Positions 20,214 through 30,690 are shown, counted from the first letter of the stretch. The stretch is 57,225 bases of DNA from an uncultured Actinomycetes bacterium (GCA_963824995.1 CAWGRK010000011.1:1-57225); one strand, 5' to 3'. Program-made: numbers and translations. Notes: a model not told the origin generated them from the sequence alone.

Positions 20214-20683
20214 ATGGAGATAGGAGCGCACGCGCCGAGTTTCGCCTTGCGGGAGACGTTCGAGGGAACCGTCACCCTGGAGGAGTTGATCGCCGATGGG
20301 CCGCTGCTGCTCGCCTTCTATGTCTTCGACTTCGGCCACGCTTGAAGCAGCGAACTGATCCAGTTGGGTCAGATCGAATCGAATGTGGAGGAGTTGGGTG
20401 GGAAGGTCGCCGCCATCGCGGTCACCGCCACCTTCTCCCAGATGGCCTTCGCCTCGCATCTCGGTATCGGCTTCCCCCTGCTCTCCGACTGGGGAGGCGC
20501 CACCGCCGATGCATACGGCGTCCAATATGACACCTGGAAGGGACACTCGGGACTTGCCAAGCGATCGGTGTTCGTGATCGATCGCGACGGAGTGATCCGG
20601 TACAAGTGGGTAACCGATGACGCTCTCGAGCTCCCCGACTTTGGAGAAGCGGTGGCGGTGATGCCGAGATCGGAGGAAAATGA
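20214..20683 (+). CDS. Peroxiredoxin/redoxin family protein, probable selenoprotein (Sec at TGA 20343-20345)
   Basis: ATG 20214 reads MEIGAHAPSFAL..LLLAFYVFDFGHA-TGA-SSEL, in frame with FPLLSDW..KRSVFVIDRDGVIRY; the end needs a one-base correction near 20663 to stop at 20683. Confidence 0.8.
20351..20376 (+). promoter_or_regulatory. Candidate bacterial SECIS hairpin
   Basis: CGA-A-CTGATCC-AGTT-GGGTCAG-A-TCG; the loop follows 16 nt after the TGA and has G at loop position 2. Confidence 0.7.
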
Positions 20684-21077
20684 GCCGCAAAGCGGTACAA
20701 CCCGAAGGAGTCTCACCGCCGGGCGGGCACTACTCACACGGCGTGGTCGCCCTCAGGGCACGACGATCTATGTCGCTGGGCAGATCTCGCTAGACGAGGA
20801 CGGGGCACTGGTGGGCGCCGGCGATGTGGCTGCTCAGGCACGACAGGTCCTGGTCAACCTCGGTCGGGTGCTCGAGGGAGCCGGGGCGTCACTCGACGAC
20901 GTGGTGAAGACAACAGTTTTCCTCACCGATCTCGACGGACGTGGCCCGGTGGACGAGGCTCGCCGTGAGGCGTTCACCGCACCACCACCTGCCAATACCC
21001 TCCTAGTGGTCAGCAGCCTGGCCCGACCCGAGTTCCTCGTCGAGATCGAGGCAGTAGCGGTGGTCTCGTCCCGCTGA
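20680..21077 (+). CDS. RidA/YjgF family protein (frameshift near 20750)
   Basis: MSRKAVQP..HYSHGV, then IYVAGQ..DVVKTTVFL..LVEIEAVA; RBS GGAGG. Confidence 0.85.
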
Positions 21078-21094
21078 CCGGTGCCCGAGACTCG

Positions 21095-21139
21095 TTGACA
21101 GGGCCTGCAAGCGACTCTATCTGCATCGTATATGGTGCA
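21095..21139 (+). promoter_or_regulatory. TTGACA -35 element plus palindromic operator TGCATCGTATATGGTGCA
   Basis: TTGACA at 21095-21100 (the -10 is weak); the palindrome at 21122-21139 resembles 1993-2010. Confidence 0.55.
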
Positions 21140-21365
21140 GGGTTCTCCACGCCTCAGTCATGAGCGACCTCGATATCAGAGGATACGGCGCCTAAAGGAC
21201 CGGACCACCGGCGCCGCAAGAGCCACGCCGGTGAGATCATCGGCTGGTGTTCTTCATCCTGTCCGATCGTCTACCTCGTGATCCAGATCAGCCCGGCGAC
21301 CATGCAGTGGAACATGGACCTGTGAGGATCCCGGTCGCGAATGTGACCCGAATTCGGAGGTAGTA

Positions 21366-22587
21366 GTGAGCGGATACGCCCGTGGGCAGTTCAGGGTGGA
21401 TTGGGAGGACCGGTTCGACGTCTCCCGGCTGAGGCGCGAACGGGTGCAGCGGGCGCATGAGGCGTTGACGGCCTCGGGCTTGGACGGCCTTCTCGTCTGG
21501 AAGGACGAGAACGTCCGCTACCTCACTTCACTGCGCGCCCAACTCATCGCAGGCAAGACCACCTCGCTCAACGGCGCCCTGCTTCTCCCCGGCCAGGAGC
21601 CCGTCCTCCTCAGTTCGGGCGGCGAGGTGGACAAGGCGCGCTTCGGGATGTCGTGGATCGGCGAGGTGCACGCCGTCCCCATCATGGAGCAGCGCGAACT
21701 GGTGGACGGATTCGTCGAGAAGATCCTCGGCAACATCCTCGCCGACCGTCGGGCTCACGTCGGGCCGGCTCGCCGTGGACCAGGCCAACCTCTCATTCAT
21801 CGAGTCGATGCGGCACCACCACGCCGACCTCGAGTTGGTGGACGGTGACACCGTCATGCAGCAGGCGAGGTGGGTGAAGACCGAGGACGAGATCGTGATA
21901 ATCGAGGAGGCGTGCGCCATCGGCGACTCGGTGACCCAACGCGCCCTCGACGAGGCACGACCGGGCCGACGAGAACTCGAGGTTGCAGGCGACGCCATGC
22001 AGACGCTGTTCCATCTCGGAGGGGAGATGGCCCACGTCATCACCCCATACGTCGCCTCGGGCGAGCACATGTCGCCACCGCACCGCCTCGCCACCGACAA
22101 GATCATCCGCAATGGCGACCTGTGCTTCATCGACATCGGTGCGATGTGGAACGGCTACTTCGCCGACATCGGGCGGACCACGGTGGTCGGACGACCGTCG
22201 AAGCGCCAACAGCAGGTCTACACCGCCGTCTACCAGGGGCTGATGGCGGGTGTGGAGACGATGCGACCCGGCCAGACCAACCAGGACACGGCCGATGCCA
22301 TCATCTCCAAGATCGCCGAGCACGGGTTGGAGGACCACCTCTTCAGCCTCTTCATCGGGCACGGGATCGGCATCGGCGCCAACGAACCCCCCTACATCGG
22401 TGAGACTCTCCCCGGGGCGACGGTCTACGAGTACCAACCCAACATGGTGTTCGCGGTCGAACCACTGGTCTGGGTCCCAGACGTCCGAGGAGGGGGCGGC
22501 GTCCGGATCGAGGACATGGTCCTCATAACCGAGGGAGAAGCGCACGTCCTCTCCCGGGTGGAGTACGAGGACCGGTTGCTGATCTGA
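21366..22587 (+). CDS. M24 family protein 2 (frameshift near 21750)
   Basis: VDWEDRFD N-terminus; ARWVKT, FIDIG..ADIGRT, GHGIG, FAVEP, VRIED. Confidence 0.88.
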
Positions 22588-22590
22588 GTC

Positions 22591-23163
22591 TCAGCCCACC
22601 GATACGGGCGCCAGTCCTGCGGTGGTGTCCCCGAGATACTCGCGATGGCCCAGACCGAGGGTCTTGATCCACCGCTGCTGCCCGACGGTGAGGGCGATGA
22701 AGTACCCGAGTTCGACAAGCTGGGGCTCGGTGAAGTGACGGTGCAGGTCATCCCATACCTCGTCATCGGCCAATGAGGAGTCCCAAGCGATTGCCTGCGC
22801 CCACCGCAGCGCCGCCCTTTCCCGGTCGGTGTATCGATCGGAACGCTCGAAGTCGACCACCTCGTCGAGCTTGGTCTCGGTGACACCCTGGGCCTTGGCC
22901 GCTTCGGAGCGCTGCGCCCCGCAGTATTCGCACTCCACCGTCTTCGACACGTAGAGACGGCACAGTTCCTTGATCGCGTTGTCGAGCACCCCGTCGTCAA
23001 AGGCGGTGCGCCACGTGGCGGTGAACGTGTCGAGCACACCAGGGACATGGGCCCGAACCGCCTGGCTCTCGGGACGTGGAGTCCCCCGTTGCCTGGCGTA
23101 CTCGAGATGCTCCTGGCTCTTCGGGTCGAGCGTCTCGAAGTCGACGTAGCTGATACGCGGCAT
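22591..23163 (-). CDS. Carboxymuconolactone decarboxylase/AhpD family protein
   Basis: KEL..VSKTVECEYC, ERAAL, LHRHFTEPQLVEL. Confidence 0.85.
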   Translation of the reverse strand: MPRISYVDFETLDPKSQEHLEYARQRGTPRPESQAVRAHVPGVLDTFTATWRTAFDDGVLDNAIKELCRLYVSKTVECEYCGAQRSEAAKAQGVTETKLDEVVDFERSDRYTDRERAALRWAQAIAWDSSLADDEVWDDLHRHFTEPQLVELGYFIALTVGQQRWIKTLGLGHREYLGDTTAGLAPVSVG

Positions 23164-23284
23164 GGCTCGTCCTCCTCGGTCCGCTCGTCACCCTATCCCC
23201 GGTTTGACAGCGTGGGTACGGGATCGGCCGGGTGCGCAATCGATCTTATGCTCGCCCATCGAAACGATCGAGATAACACCTCAG

Positions 23285-24007
23285 GTGATAGCGGCTGTCT
23301 CGGTCGCCGCTTTCCTCATCGGACTGACCAAGGCAGGGCTGGGCGGCGGGCTCGGTCCCGTCATCACCGCGGTGATGATCCTGGCGATGCCGGTGGAAGT
23401 AGCCCTGGGTATCCAACTTCCCATGTTGATCGTGGGCGACATCTTCTCCATCGGCGCCCATTGGCGGAAGTGGAGCCGCCGCCACGTCATCATTTTGGGG
23501 GCGGGCGCGGTAGTCGGGGTTGCCCTCGGGACGCTGATCCTGACCTCGGTCGAGCCGACCACCGTCCAGCGCATCGTCGGCATCGTCAGCCTGAGCTTCG
23601 TCGCCTATCGGTTGATCCAGCCCCGGCTGCAGTCGATGGCCGCGGTGCGAGCCACCATCCCTCTAGGTGTCATCGCCGGTGCCGCCGGCGGCGCAGCATC
23701 GACCGTCGCCCACGCCGGCGCCCCACCGGTGGCTATCTACCTGCTGATCGCCAAAGTGTCACCGGTGGTCTACGCCGCCACCCACGTACTTCTCTTCGCC
23801 GGGATCAACCTGCTCAAGGTCCCCGCCTACGCCGCCGCAGGGCTGTTCGACCTGGAACTCCAACTGGCGCTGGCTCCCACCCTCATCTTCCTTCCGTTGG
23901 GAGTCGTCGCCGGCCGCTGGCTGGTCCACCACGTGGCACCGCTCGTCTTCGACCGGATCATCCTCGGAATCCTCACCGCCACCGGGATCTACCTGCTGTT
24001 CGTGTGA
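23285..24007 (+). CDS. Sulfite exporter TauE/SafE family membrane protein (start uncertain)
   Basis: GLTKAGLGGG, HAGAPPVAIYL, INLLKVPAY. Confidence 0.85.
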   Translation: MIAAVSVAAFLIGLTKAGLGGGLGPVITAVMILAMPVEVALGIQLPMLIVGDIFSIGAHWRKWSRRHVIILGAGAVVGVALGTLILTSVEPTTVQRIVGIVSLSFVAYRLIQPRLQSMAAVRATIPLGVIAGAAGGAASTVAHAGAPPVAIYLLIAKVSPVVYAATHVLLFAGINLLKVPAYAAAGLFDLELQLALAPTLIFLPLGVVAGRWLVHHVAPLVFDRIILGILTATGIYLLFV

Positions 24008-24048
24008 GTGGCGCGGAAATATGATTGGGTCGTCCGCTTCCGTCCAGT

Positions 24049-25526
24049 TCAGGGACTATGGCGAGCCAGATCGGCTTCTGTCCAGAAACCCAGGTGCGGA
24101 TCGCGCGTATGGCCTCCGGATCCATATAGCTCGAGCCTTGCTCGTCCTTCATCGGACAACATTTCGATGGCGTCGAAGAACGCGTCAGCGCCTGCAGATC
24201 GCAGCGCCGTATCGCCCTCGCTCGGCCGGCGTGGAAGATGGGTCGTCAGAAACACCAATGGAATGCTCAGTAGGAATCCGGCCCCGAAGAGCGTGTGCTC
24301 TTCCGAGCGACTTCCAGACGGTATCGGTTCGAAGTAGTCCGCCACGGTGACTTGTGAATGCCCCTGAAACATCGAAGAACCAAGTCGCGCCTCCGCTGTC
24401 CGTGGCAACGAAATTCACCGTCACGCCGGTTCTCGGGATGCGGTGGTTGCGGTCGATGACTGCGAACCCTGCATCCAAGAGCAATTCCTCTGCGAGTTGC
24501 TGGGCCGCCTTGCCCTCCCGTGTGGCCCTGCTCTGGAAGTCTTCATCGTCGTCAGCTCTCGCAAGCGGTGGCGCCAGTTCTCGTCTCTCCCCGCGCGGGA
24601 CGTCTTCGTGGGTGGATAACGCCTCCTCCACTCGACGCCTGGCGATGTCCACGTATTGCGGCTCTGTGTCATAACCCACGTAGCGTCGACCAAGACGCGC
24701 TGCCGCAACCAAGGCGGAGCCGCTTCCCATGAACGGATCCAGTATCAGATCATCCCGGAACGTAAAGAGCCGAATCAGCTGTTCTGGGAGTTCGATGGGA
24801 AAAGGAGCGGGGTGACCTACGCGCCTCGCGCTCTCGGGTGGTATCTCCCACACGTCCAAAGTCAGGGCCATGAAGTCTTCTGTCATCAGCGTGCTTTCAA
24901 ACGGCAAGCCCTCGGTTGACCGCTGCTTGATCGATCGCGCACGGTCGAAACGACCCTTGCTGGCGACGATTACGCGCTCTGTCGTGTCTCGTAACACCGG
25001 GTTGGAGGCACTGCGAAACGAACCCCAGGCACATGAACTGTTCGCGCCTTCGCCCTTGCGCCAGATGATCTCACCCCTCAACAGAAGGCCGAGGTCGTCC
25101 TGCAGTATCCCAATGACGTCTGCTGCCAGACTCCGATACGGCTTCCGTCCGAGGTTGGCGACGTTGATCGCCATCCGCCCACCTGACTCGAGCTTGCGCA
25201 CGCATTCGGCAAATACATCCGTGAGCAATTCGAGATACTCGAGATAGGAGGACGGCGTGCCCTCGCGCTCGATCTCTTCTTCGTACTGCTTTCCGGCGAA
25301 GTACGGCGGAGAGGTTACGACCAACGCAACGGAGCCGTCCCTAACGTGCGACATCGATCGTGCATCTCCGCACACAAAGGGCTCGAGCACTGGCTCAGGA
25401 GCAAGAACGGTTGCCTCGTTAGAGAGCTCTGGCGGGTGAAAGCGCTCGTAGAAGGGCGAAGCATCGTGGTTCTCTCGCCCCGACACCCCGAAAGCTAGAT
25501 GTCGTTGTGTGCCGTCGCGCTTCCAT
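24049..25526 (-). CDS. Beta-class amino DNA methyltransferase with C-terminal nuclease-like extension (frameshifts near 25492 and 24270)
   Basis: VTSPPY (motif IV) precedes HPAPFP and LDPFMGSGS (motif I); tail continues in ORF 24049-24408; ATG 25526 reads MEARRHTTTSSF. Confidence 0.85.
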
Positions 25527-25702
25527 GTGACCCTCTGCTCGACACCCTCATACTGTGACAGGTCCGCCGTCGCGGTCTCAACGACCGTACATACGTTCGC
25601 GGGTGCGGCGCGCATCTCGTGGCATCTCGCTGTCGCTCGGCGGTTGGCGCTCGCCAGGCAGCCTTGCCGATGTTTACAACCAGCAATCAAGGGTCTAGAT
25701 CC

Positions 25703-25724
25703 TGTCAGTGTCCTGACATACAAT
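25703..25724 (+). promoter_or_regulatory. RecA-NDp/PafBC-type DNA-damage promoter
   Basis: TGTCAGTG-8 nt-TACAAT fits tTGTCRgtg-N8-TAnnnT. Confidence 0.75.
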
Positions 25725-25739
25725 CGAACACATGTTCGA
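25724..25739. promoter_or_regulatory. Actinobacterial LexA (SOS) box
   Basis: Perfect TCGAAC-ACAT-GTTCGA overlapping the ATG at 25732. Confidence 0.92.
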
Positions 25740-27016
25740 TACGGTGAATGAGTGCCCGCCGAGAACCGTGCTTCCCGACGGGTTGGCGGAGATGGCACCG
25801 GGTCCCGAACTGGGAACGGTCCTCGACGCGATCTCGACCGCTCGACACTCAACGGTCACCAGATGGTGATCGTGCTCCAAGCGAGCGCCCGCCAGGTCGC
25901 CCACGACCAAGCACGGATGTACGCCGACATGCTGGAGGTGGCGCTCTCCCCAGCGGGTGACGCCTCATCACGCCCCGAGCGGATCGACAACCTCGACGAG
26001 GACTCCGCAGCCGAGATCGGAGCGGCGCTCCACCTCACCCGGAGAGCGGCCGACATCGCCCTGGGAATCGCCTGGAACCTGGTGGAACGGCTCCCCGAGG
26101 TGGGGGAAGCGCTCTCTGCGGGACTGATCGATTTGCCCAGGGCCCGGGTGATCTGTGACGGCACCGGTCACCTCACCGAAGACCAGGCCCGGGAAGCCGC
26201 CCAGGTGGTGCTGGCCGAAGCGCCCGGGACTGACCACCGGTCAGACTGGCCGCCCGCCTCCGTCGTCTCACCATCACCATCGACCCCGAGGACGCCAGGC
26301 AGCGCTATGAGACCGGTCTCTCCGAACGGAGGGTGATCGGGGAAGCCAACCCCGACGGCACCGCCAACCTCTTGGCGCTCAACCTCCCCCCCGAATCTGT
26401 CACCGCCATGCTGGAACGGGTCAACCGGTTGGCCAAGGTAGCCAAGACCAAGGATGACACCCGCAGCCTCGACCAGACCTGCGCCGACGTGTTCTCCGAC
26501 CTGGTCACCGGGAGAGGGCTGTCCACCGCTGCCGCCGGGTCGGTGGACATCACCGTCGACCTGGCCACCCTCACCGGGCTCTCCGAGGTCCCCGGGGAGA
26601 TCCCGGGGTGGGGAGCGGTCATCGCCGACATCGCCCGCCAGGTCGCCCTGGCCAACGAGGGTGGCGAGTGGCGGTGCAGCGTCACCGATCCCGCAACCGG
26701 CGGGGTCCTCTGGAACGGGACCACCCGGAGAAGACCCAGCGCCAGCGAGCGCCGCCACGTCCTGGCCCGGCGACCGGTGTGCGTCTTCCCCGGGTGCCGC
26801 ATGCCCGCCCGCGACAGCGACCTCGACCACACCGTGGAGTACTCCAAGGGGGGACGCACCCACCCCCACAACCTGGGACCGCTCTGCCGGTACCACCACC
26901 GGTTGCGACACGAGGCGGGGTGGAGAATCGAACAACCCACACCGGGACGCTTCGTCTGGACCAGTCCCCTCGGGCACACCTACCACTCACCGGATCGTGC
27001 GCGCCCTGACCTATAA
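25732..27016 (+). CDS. DUF222 / HNH endonuclease (REP13E12-like), frameshifts near 25835 and 26225-26250
   Basis: MFD start inside the SOS box; AEIGAALHLT..RLPEV..G.IDLPRA; CVFPGC..DLDH..NLGPLCRYHH. Confidence 0.88.
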
Positions 27017-27519
27017 CCGGTTTGTCCGGCGGCCAGCCGCCATTCGTGGTCGGTAGTGGCGCCTGCGGCCATGGCGGCGTGTGACTGTTCATCGGTGAGC
27101 TCGTGGACCAGGCAGAACTCGTTTCCAAATGGGTCTTGCATAACGGCCCAATCGATCAGGGGTCGGTGATCCTTGTGAGATCCAGGTCGCGGGTAGAGGC
27201 TCGGTGGCTTCTTGACGCTGCCACCCAGGGCAACGATCTCCTCGATCGCCGAGTCGATGCCGCTACTCGGAGTTATGTCGATGTGAACGGCGTTCGTCGT
27301 GTCGTGCGAAGGTGTGGCTACCTCGACAGGGGCGTTGTCGATGCGTTGCAGGATGATCTCGTGCTTCCAGGGATCCTTGGTTCCCAGATATCCGAGCCAT
27401 CCGTGCCAGCCGTCCGCCGATCCGATTATCTCGAGCCCGGTGACCGCCGACCAGAATCGGTAAGCGACCGTCAGATCGGTGACGTTGATTACGACGCAAC
27501 GCAGTTCGCCGATTCCCAT
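26980..27519 (-). CDS. VOC family protein
   Basis: RFWSAVTG, VHIDI, MQDPFGNEFCLV. Confidence 0.85.
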   Translation of the reverse strand: MGIGELRCVVINVTDLTVAYRFWSAVTGLEIIGSADGWHGWLGYLGTKDPWKHEIILQRIDNAPVEVATPSHDTTNAVHIDITPSSGIDSAIEEIVALGGSVKKPPSLYPRPGSHKDHRPLIDWAVMQDPFGNEFCLVHELTDEQSHAAMAAGATTDHEWRLAAGQTGYRSGRARSGEW

Positions 27520-27599
27520 CGCAGCGTGCCTCCTGGTCAGCCGGACGGTAGTTCGGGAGGCTTGGCCGGCATCGGGTTCGGTGAGCTACGGTCGACGCC

Positions 27600-28013
27600 G
27601 TGGTCGAAAAGCCAACCGTTCTATTCCTGTGCACGCACAACGCCGGGCGTTCGCAGATGGCGGCGGGCTGGATGCGTCACCTGGCCGGCGAGCAGGTCGA
27701 GGTGTTCTCCGGTGGTTCCGAGCCAGCGCCCGAGGTCAACAGTGCGGCCGTCGCAGTGATGGCCGAGGCGGGGATCGATATCGCCGGCGAATCGCCCAAA
27801 CCGTGGACCGATGATGCGGTGCGGGCCGCCGATGTCGTCGTCACCATGGGATGCGGCGACACCTGCCCCTATTTCCCCGGGAAGCGGTACGTGGACTGGG
27901 AAGTGCCAGATCCGGCCAGGCTCGATCCGGACGAGGTTCGGCCGATCCGTGACGAGCTCGAGAACCGGGTGCGCCGGCTGCTAGTCGAGTTGGGGGTTAC
28001 CCCGGTCGGCTAG
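27600..28013 (+). CDS. arsC: Arsenate reductase (LMW-PTP fold)
   Basis: CTHNAGRSQMA, MGCGDTCP, DWEVPDP; adjacent to arsR and arsM. Confidence 0.88.
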   Translation: MVEKPTVLFLCTHNAGRSQMAAGWMRHLAGEQVEVFSGGSEPAPEVNSAAVAVMAEAGIDIAGESPKPWTDDAVRAADVVVTMGCGDTCPYFPGKRYVDWEVPDPARLDPDEVRPIRDELENRVRRLLVELGVTPVG

Positions 28014-28342
28014 ACCGGAGTGAGCGCATCGCGCAGCACCGAGAGGCGCTCTGGAACTACACGGAACCAGGCCCATTTGCCTCTTTGCTCGCGGGCGAGG
28101 AGTCCGGCATCGGTCAAGATCGACAAGTGGTGACTTACCGTGGGTTGACTACGGCCCACCGGGGCGGTGACGTCGCAGGCGCACATCTCCCCGTCGGGAG
28201 CGTTGGCGATCATGCTGAGCAACCGGAGCCGGGTTGGGTCGGCCAGCACCCTGAACCCCGCCGCCAGCGTTTCCGCCTCGGATTCTTGCAGGGGCTCTAC
28301 CAGAACCGGGTCGCAGCAATACTCGATGGGTTGGACTTGCAT
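28010..28342 (-). CDS. arsR: ArsR/SmtB family repressor
   Basis: N-terminal CC, LADPTRLRLL, MCACD, SQPTVSHHL. Confidence 0.9.
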   Translation of the reverse strand: MQVQPIEYCCDPVLVEPLQESEAETLAAGFRVLADPTRLRLLSMIANAPDGEMCACDVTAPVGRSQPTVSHHLSILTDAGLLAREQRGKWAWFRVVPERLSVLRDALTPV

Positions 28343-28374
28343 CCCCGACAGCATATCGTCGTCTCGATCGATGT

Positions 28375-28428
28375 ATTGACGGACGTCGATATTTAGCATA
28401 GGCTCTGCACATATCGATCGCCTTCGAT
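28375..28428. promoter_or_regulatory. Two candidate ArsR operators
   Basis: ATTGA-N6-TCGAT (28375-28390) and ATCGA-N6-TCGAT (28413-28428) in the divergent arsR/arsM gap. Confidence 0.65.
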
Positions 28429-28442
28429 GCGAGGAGAGCCAG

Positions 28443-29183
28443 ATGCCAGAAACAGAGATCCGCGAACGGGTTCGGCGGCGGTATGCCGCCAGCGCAATTG
28501 GTGCCGATGACGGCTGCTGTGGTCCGGACTCCTGTGGTCCATTGAGTGCCGACCCGGGCGCTCACCTCTATGACGAGGCCGACTTGGCGGCATTACCCGC
28601 GGACGCTGCTGCAGCAAGCCTGGGATGCGGCAATCCGTTTGCCGTCGCCGAACTCGCCGAGGGCGAGGTCGTGCTCGATCTGGGGTCGGGCGGGGGGATC
28701 GACGTCTTGCTCTCGGCTCGTCGGGTCGGCCCCGACGGGTTCGCCTACGGGTTGGACATGACCGACGAGATGCTCGACCTGGCCCGCCGCAACGCCGCCG
28801 AAGCAGGGGCCGAAAATGTCGAGTTCCTGCGCGGATACATCGAAGAAATCCCATTGGGCGACGGGAGCGTCGACGTCGTCATCTCCAACTGCGTGATCAA
28901 CCTCTCGGCGGACAAGCAGGCGGTATTCGATGAGATCCAGCGGGTGCTTCGACCAGGTGGCCGCATCGGGATCACCGATATCGTCGCCGATGACCATCTC
29001 TCTCCCGAGGAGATCGCCGAGCGCGGCAGTTGGGTTGGATGTATTGCCGGGGCGCTCACCTTCAACGAGTACCGGCAAGGGCTGTCGGCGGCAGGCCTCG
29101 AGGACATCACGATCACGCCAACCCACGCTGTCGCCGACGGAATGTGGTCGGCGACGGTCAGGGGCAGGAAGTCGGGCTTCTGA
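28443..29183 (+). CDS. arsM: Arsenite S-adenosylmethionine methyltransferase
   Basis: SLGCGNP, LDLGSGGGID, ISNCVINL, WVGCIAG. Confidence 0.92.
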   Translation: MPETEIRERVRRRYAASAIGADDGCCGPDSCGPLSADPGAHLYDEADLAALPADAAAASLGCGNPFAVAELAEGEVVLDLGSGGGIDVLLSARRVGPDGFAYGLDMTDEMLDLARRNAAEAGAENVEFLRGYIEEIPLGDGSVDVVISNCVINLSADKQAVFDEIQRVLRPGGRIGITDIVADDHLSPEEIAERGSWVGCIAGALTFNEYRQGLSAAGLEDITITPTHAVADGMWSATVRGRKSGF

Positions 29184-29192
29184 CGCTCCGGC

Positions 29193-30690
29193 TCAGGTCG
29201 CACCAACCATCTTCACCACGTCGGGTTTGGTGACCTTCCCCATGGCGTTGCGGGGCAGCGTCTCGACGATGTGAAAGTCCTTGGGCACCTTGGCGGGTGC
29301 CAGGCGGTCGCGGCACCAGGCTCGCAACTCGTCCGGGTCCGGGGATTCAGACGCTGAGACCACTGCGGCGACCACACGATCGCCCCACTCCGGATCGGGT
29401 AGGCCGACCACCGCCACCTCGGCGACAGAGGGATGGCCGAGCAGGACCTCCTCGATCTCGAGCGCCGACACCTTCTCCCCGCCGGTCTTGAGGATGTCCA
29501 CCGAAGCGCGGCCCAGGATCCGATAGCTGGCGTTCTCTCTCACCGCCACGTCGCCGGTGCGGAACCAATCGCCGTCGAAGGCATCCTCGGTGGCGTCGGG
29601 GCGGTCCCAGTACTCGGCGAAGACGGTATCGCCGCGGACCTGGATCTCGCCGGGGATCCCGTCGTTGACCTCGTTGCCTTCGTCGTCCACCAGACGGACC
29701 TCGACACCGGGGAGCGACGAGCCCACCCGGCCGGGCTGTCGTTCCCCGTGGAGCGGGTTGGAGAGCCCCATCCCGATCTCGGTCATCCCGTAACGCTCGA
29801 GCAGGGTGTGCCCGCTGATCTCCCTCCACCGCTCAAGCGTCGGTACCGGGAGCGCCGCCGATCCGGAGACCATCAACCGGAGCGACCGGCACCCCTCGCT
29901 CCTGGCAGCGCGCTCGGCCGGGGCGGCTGTCTCCCATGCGCCGATCAGTCGGTGGTAGATGGTGGGGACGGCCATGAACACCGAAAGTTCGCCCGAGGCG
30001 AGCCTCTCCCACACCGCCTCCGCGGAGAACGTCGGGTGGACCTCGACCGTCGCCCCTACCCAGAAGGCGCAGGCCAACACATTGACGATTCCGTGGACGT
30101 GGTGGAGAGGGAGTGCCAGCAGGGTCCGGTCCTCTGGCACCCACTCCCAGGCTGCGACCAGCGACTCCACCTGCGCGACGATGTTGCGGTGGGTGGTGAC
30201 CACGCCCTTGGGACGGCCGGTGGTGCCGCTGGTGTACAGCATCATCGCCGGCCGGTCATCGGCCACCTCGGGGAGGCTCGCTTCAACGTCGAGCGATTCC
30301 GCAATCGACTCCACGCTGATGGTGCGGATCCCCCGCTCAGTAGCCAGCGGGCCGAGGACAGGCTCGAACTCATCGTCGATGACCACGGCGGTTGGACGGG
30401 CGTCGTCGAGGACGTAGGCCAACTCGGGTGCCGGGTGGGTGAGGCAGAGTGGGACCGCTACCCCGCCAGCCCGCCAAATGGCCCATTGCCAGGCGACGTA
30501 TCGCCAGCCTGGGGTGACCATGAAGCAGACCCGGCCGCCGGCAAGGTCGGCGCTTCCATCGAGCAGCACCGCTGCTCCGGCAGCCGACAACGCCAGCAAG
30601 TCGTCGTAGGTGTGATCCCCGTCGGCATCGACCACCGCCACGGCACCAGCGCGGTTGGCGGCAGGCGCGGTCAGCGGCGCGGCTACCCAC
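29193..30690 (-). CDS. Acyl-CoA synthetase, malonyl-CoA synthetase (MatB/ACSF3)-like (start uncertain)
   Basis: YTSGTTGRPKG, ERYGMTE, FRTGD, PRNAMGK. Confidence 0.88.

Noticed and set aside
20364..21077. Apparent peroxiredoxin-RidA fusion
   Set aside because: RidA has its own RBS and ATG at 20680; small indels near 20663 and 20750 create the join
22591..29183. Further selenoproteins in the CMD/AhpD or ArsM genes
   Set aside because: Their catalytic positions are ordinary Cys codons
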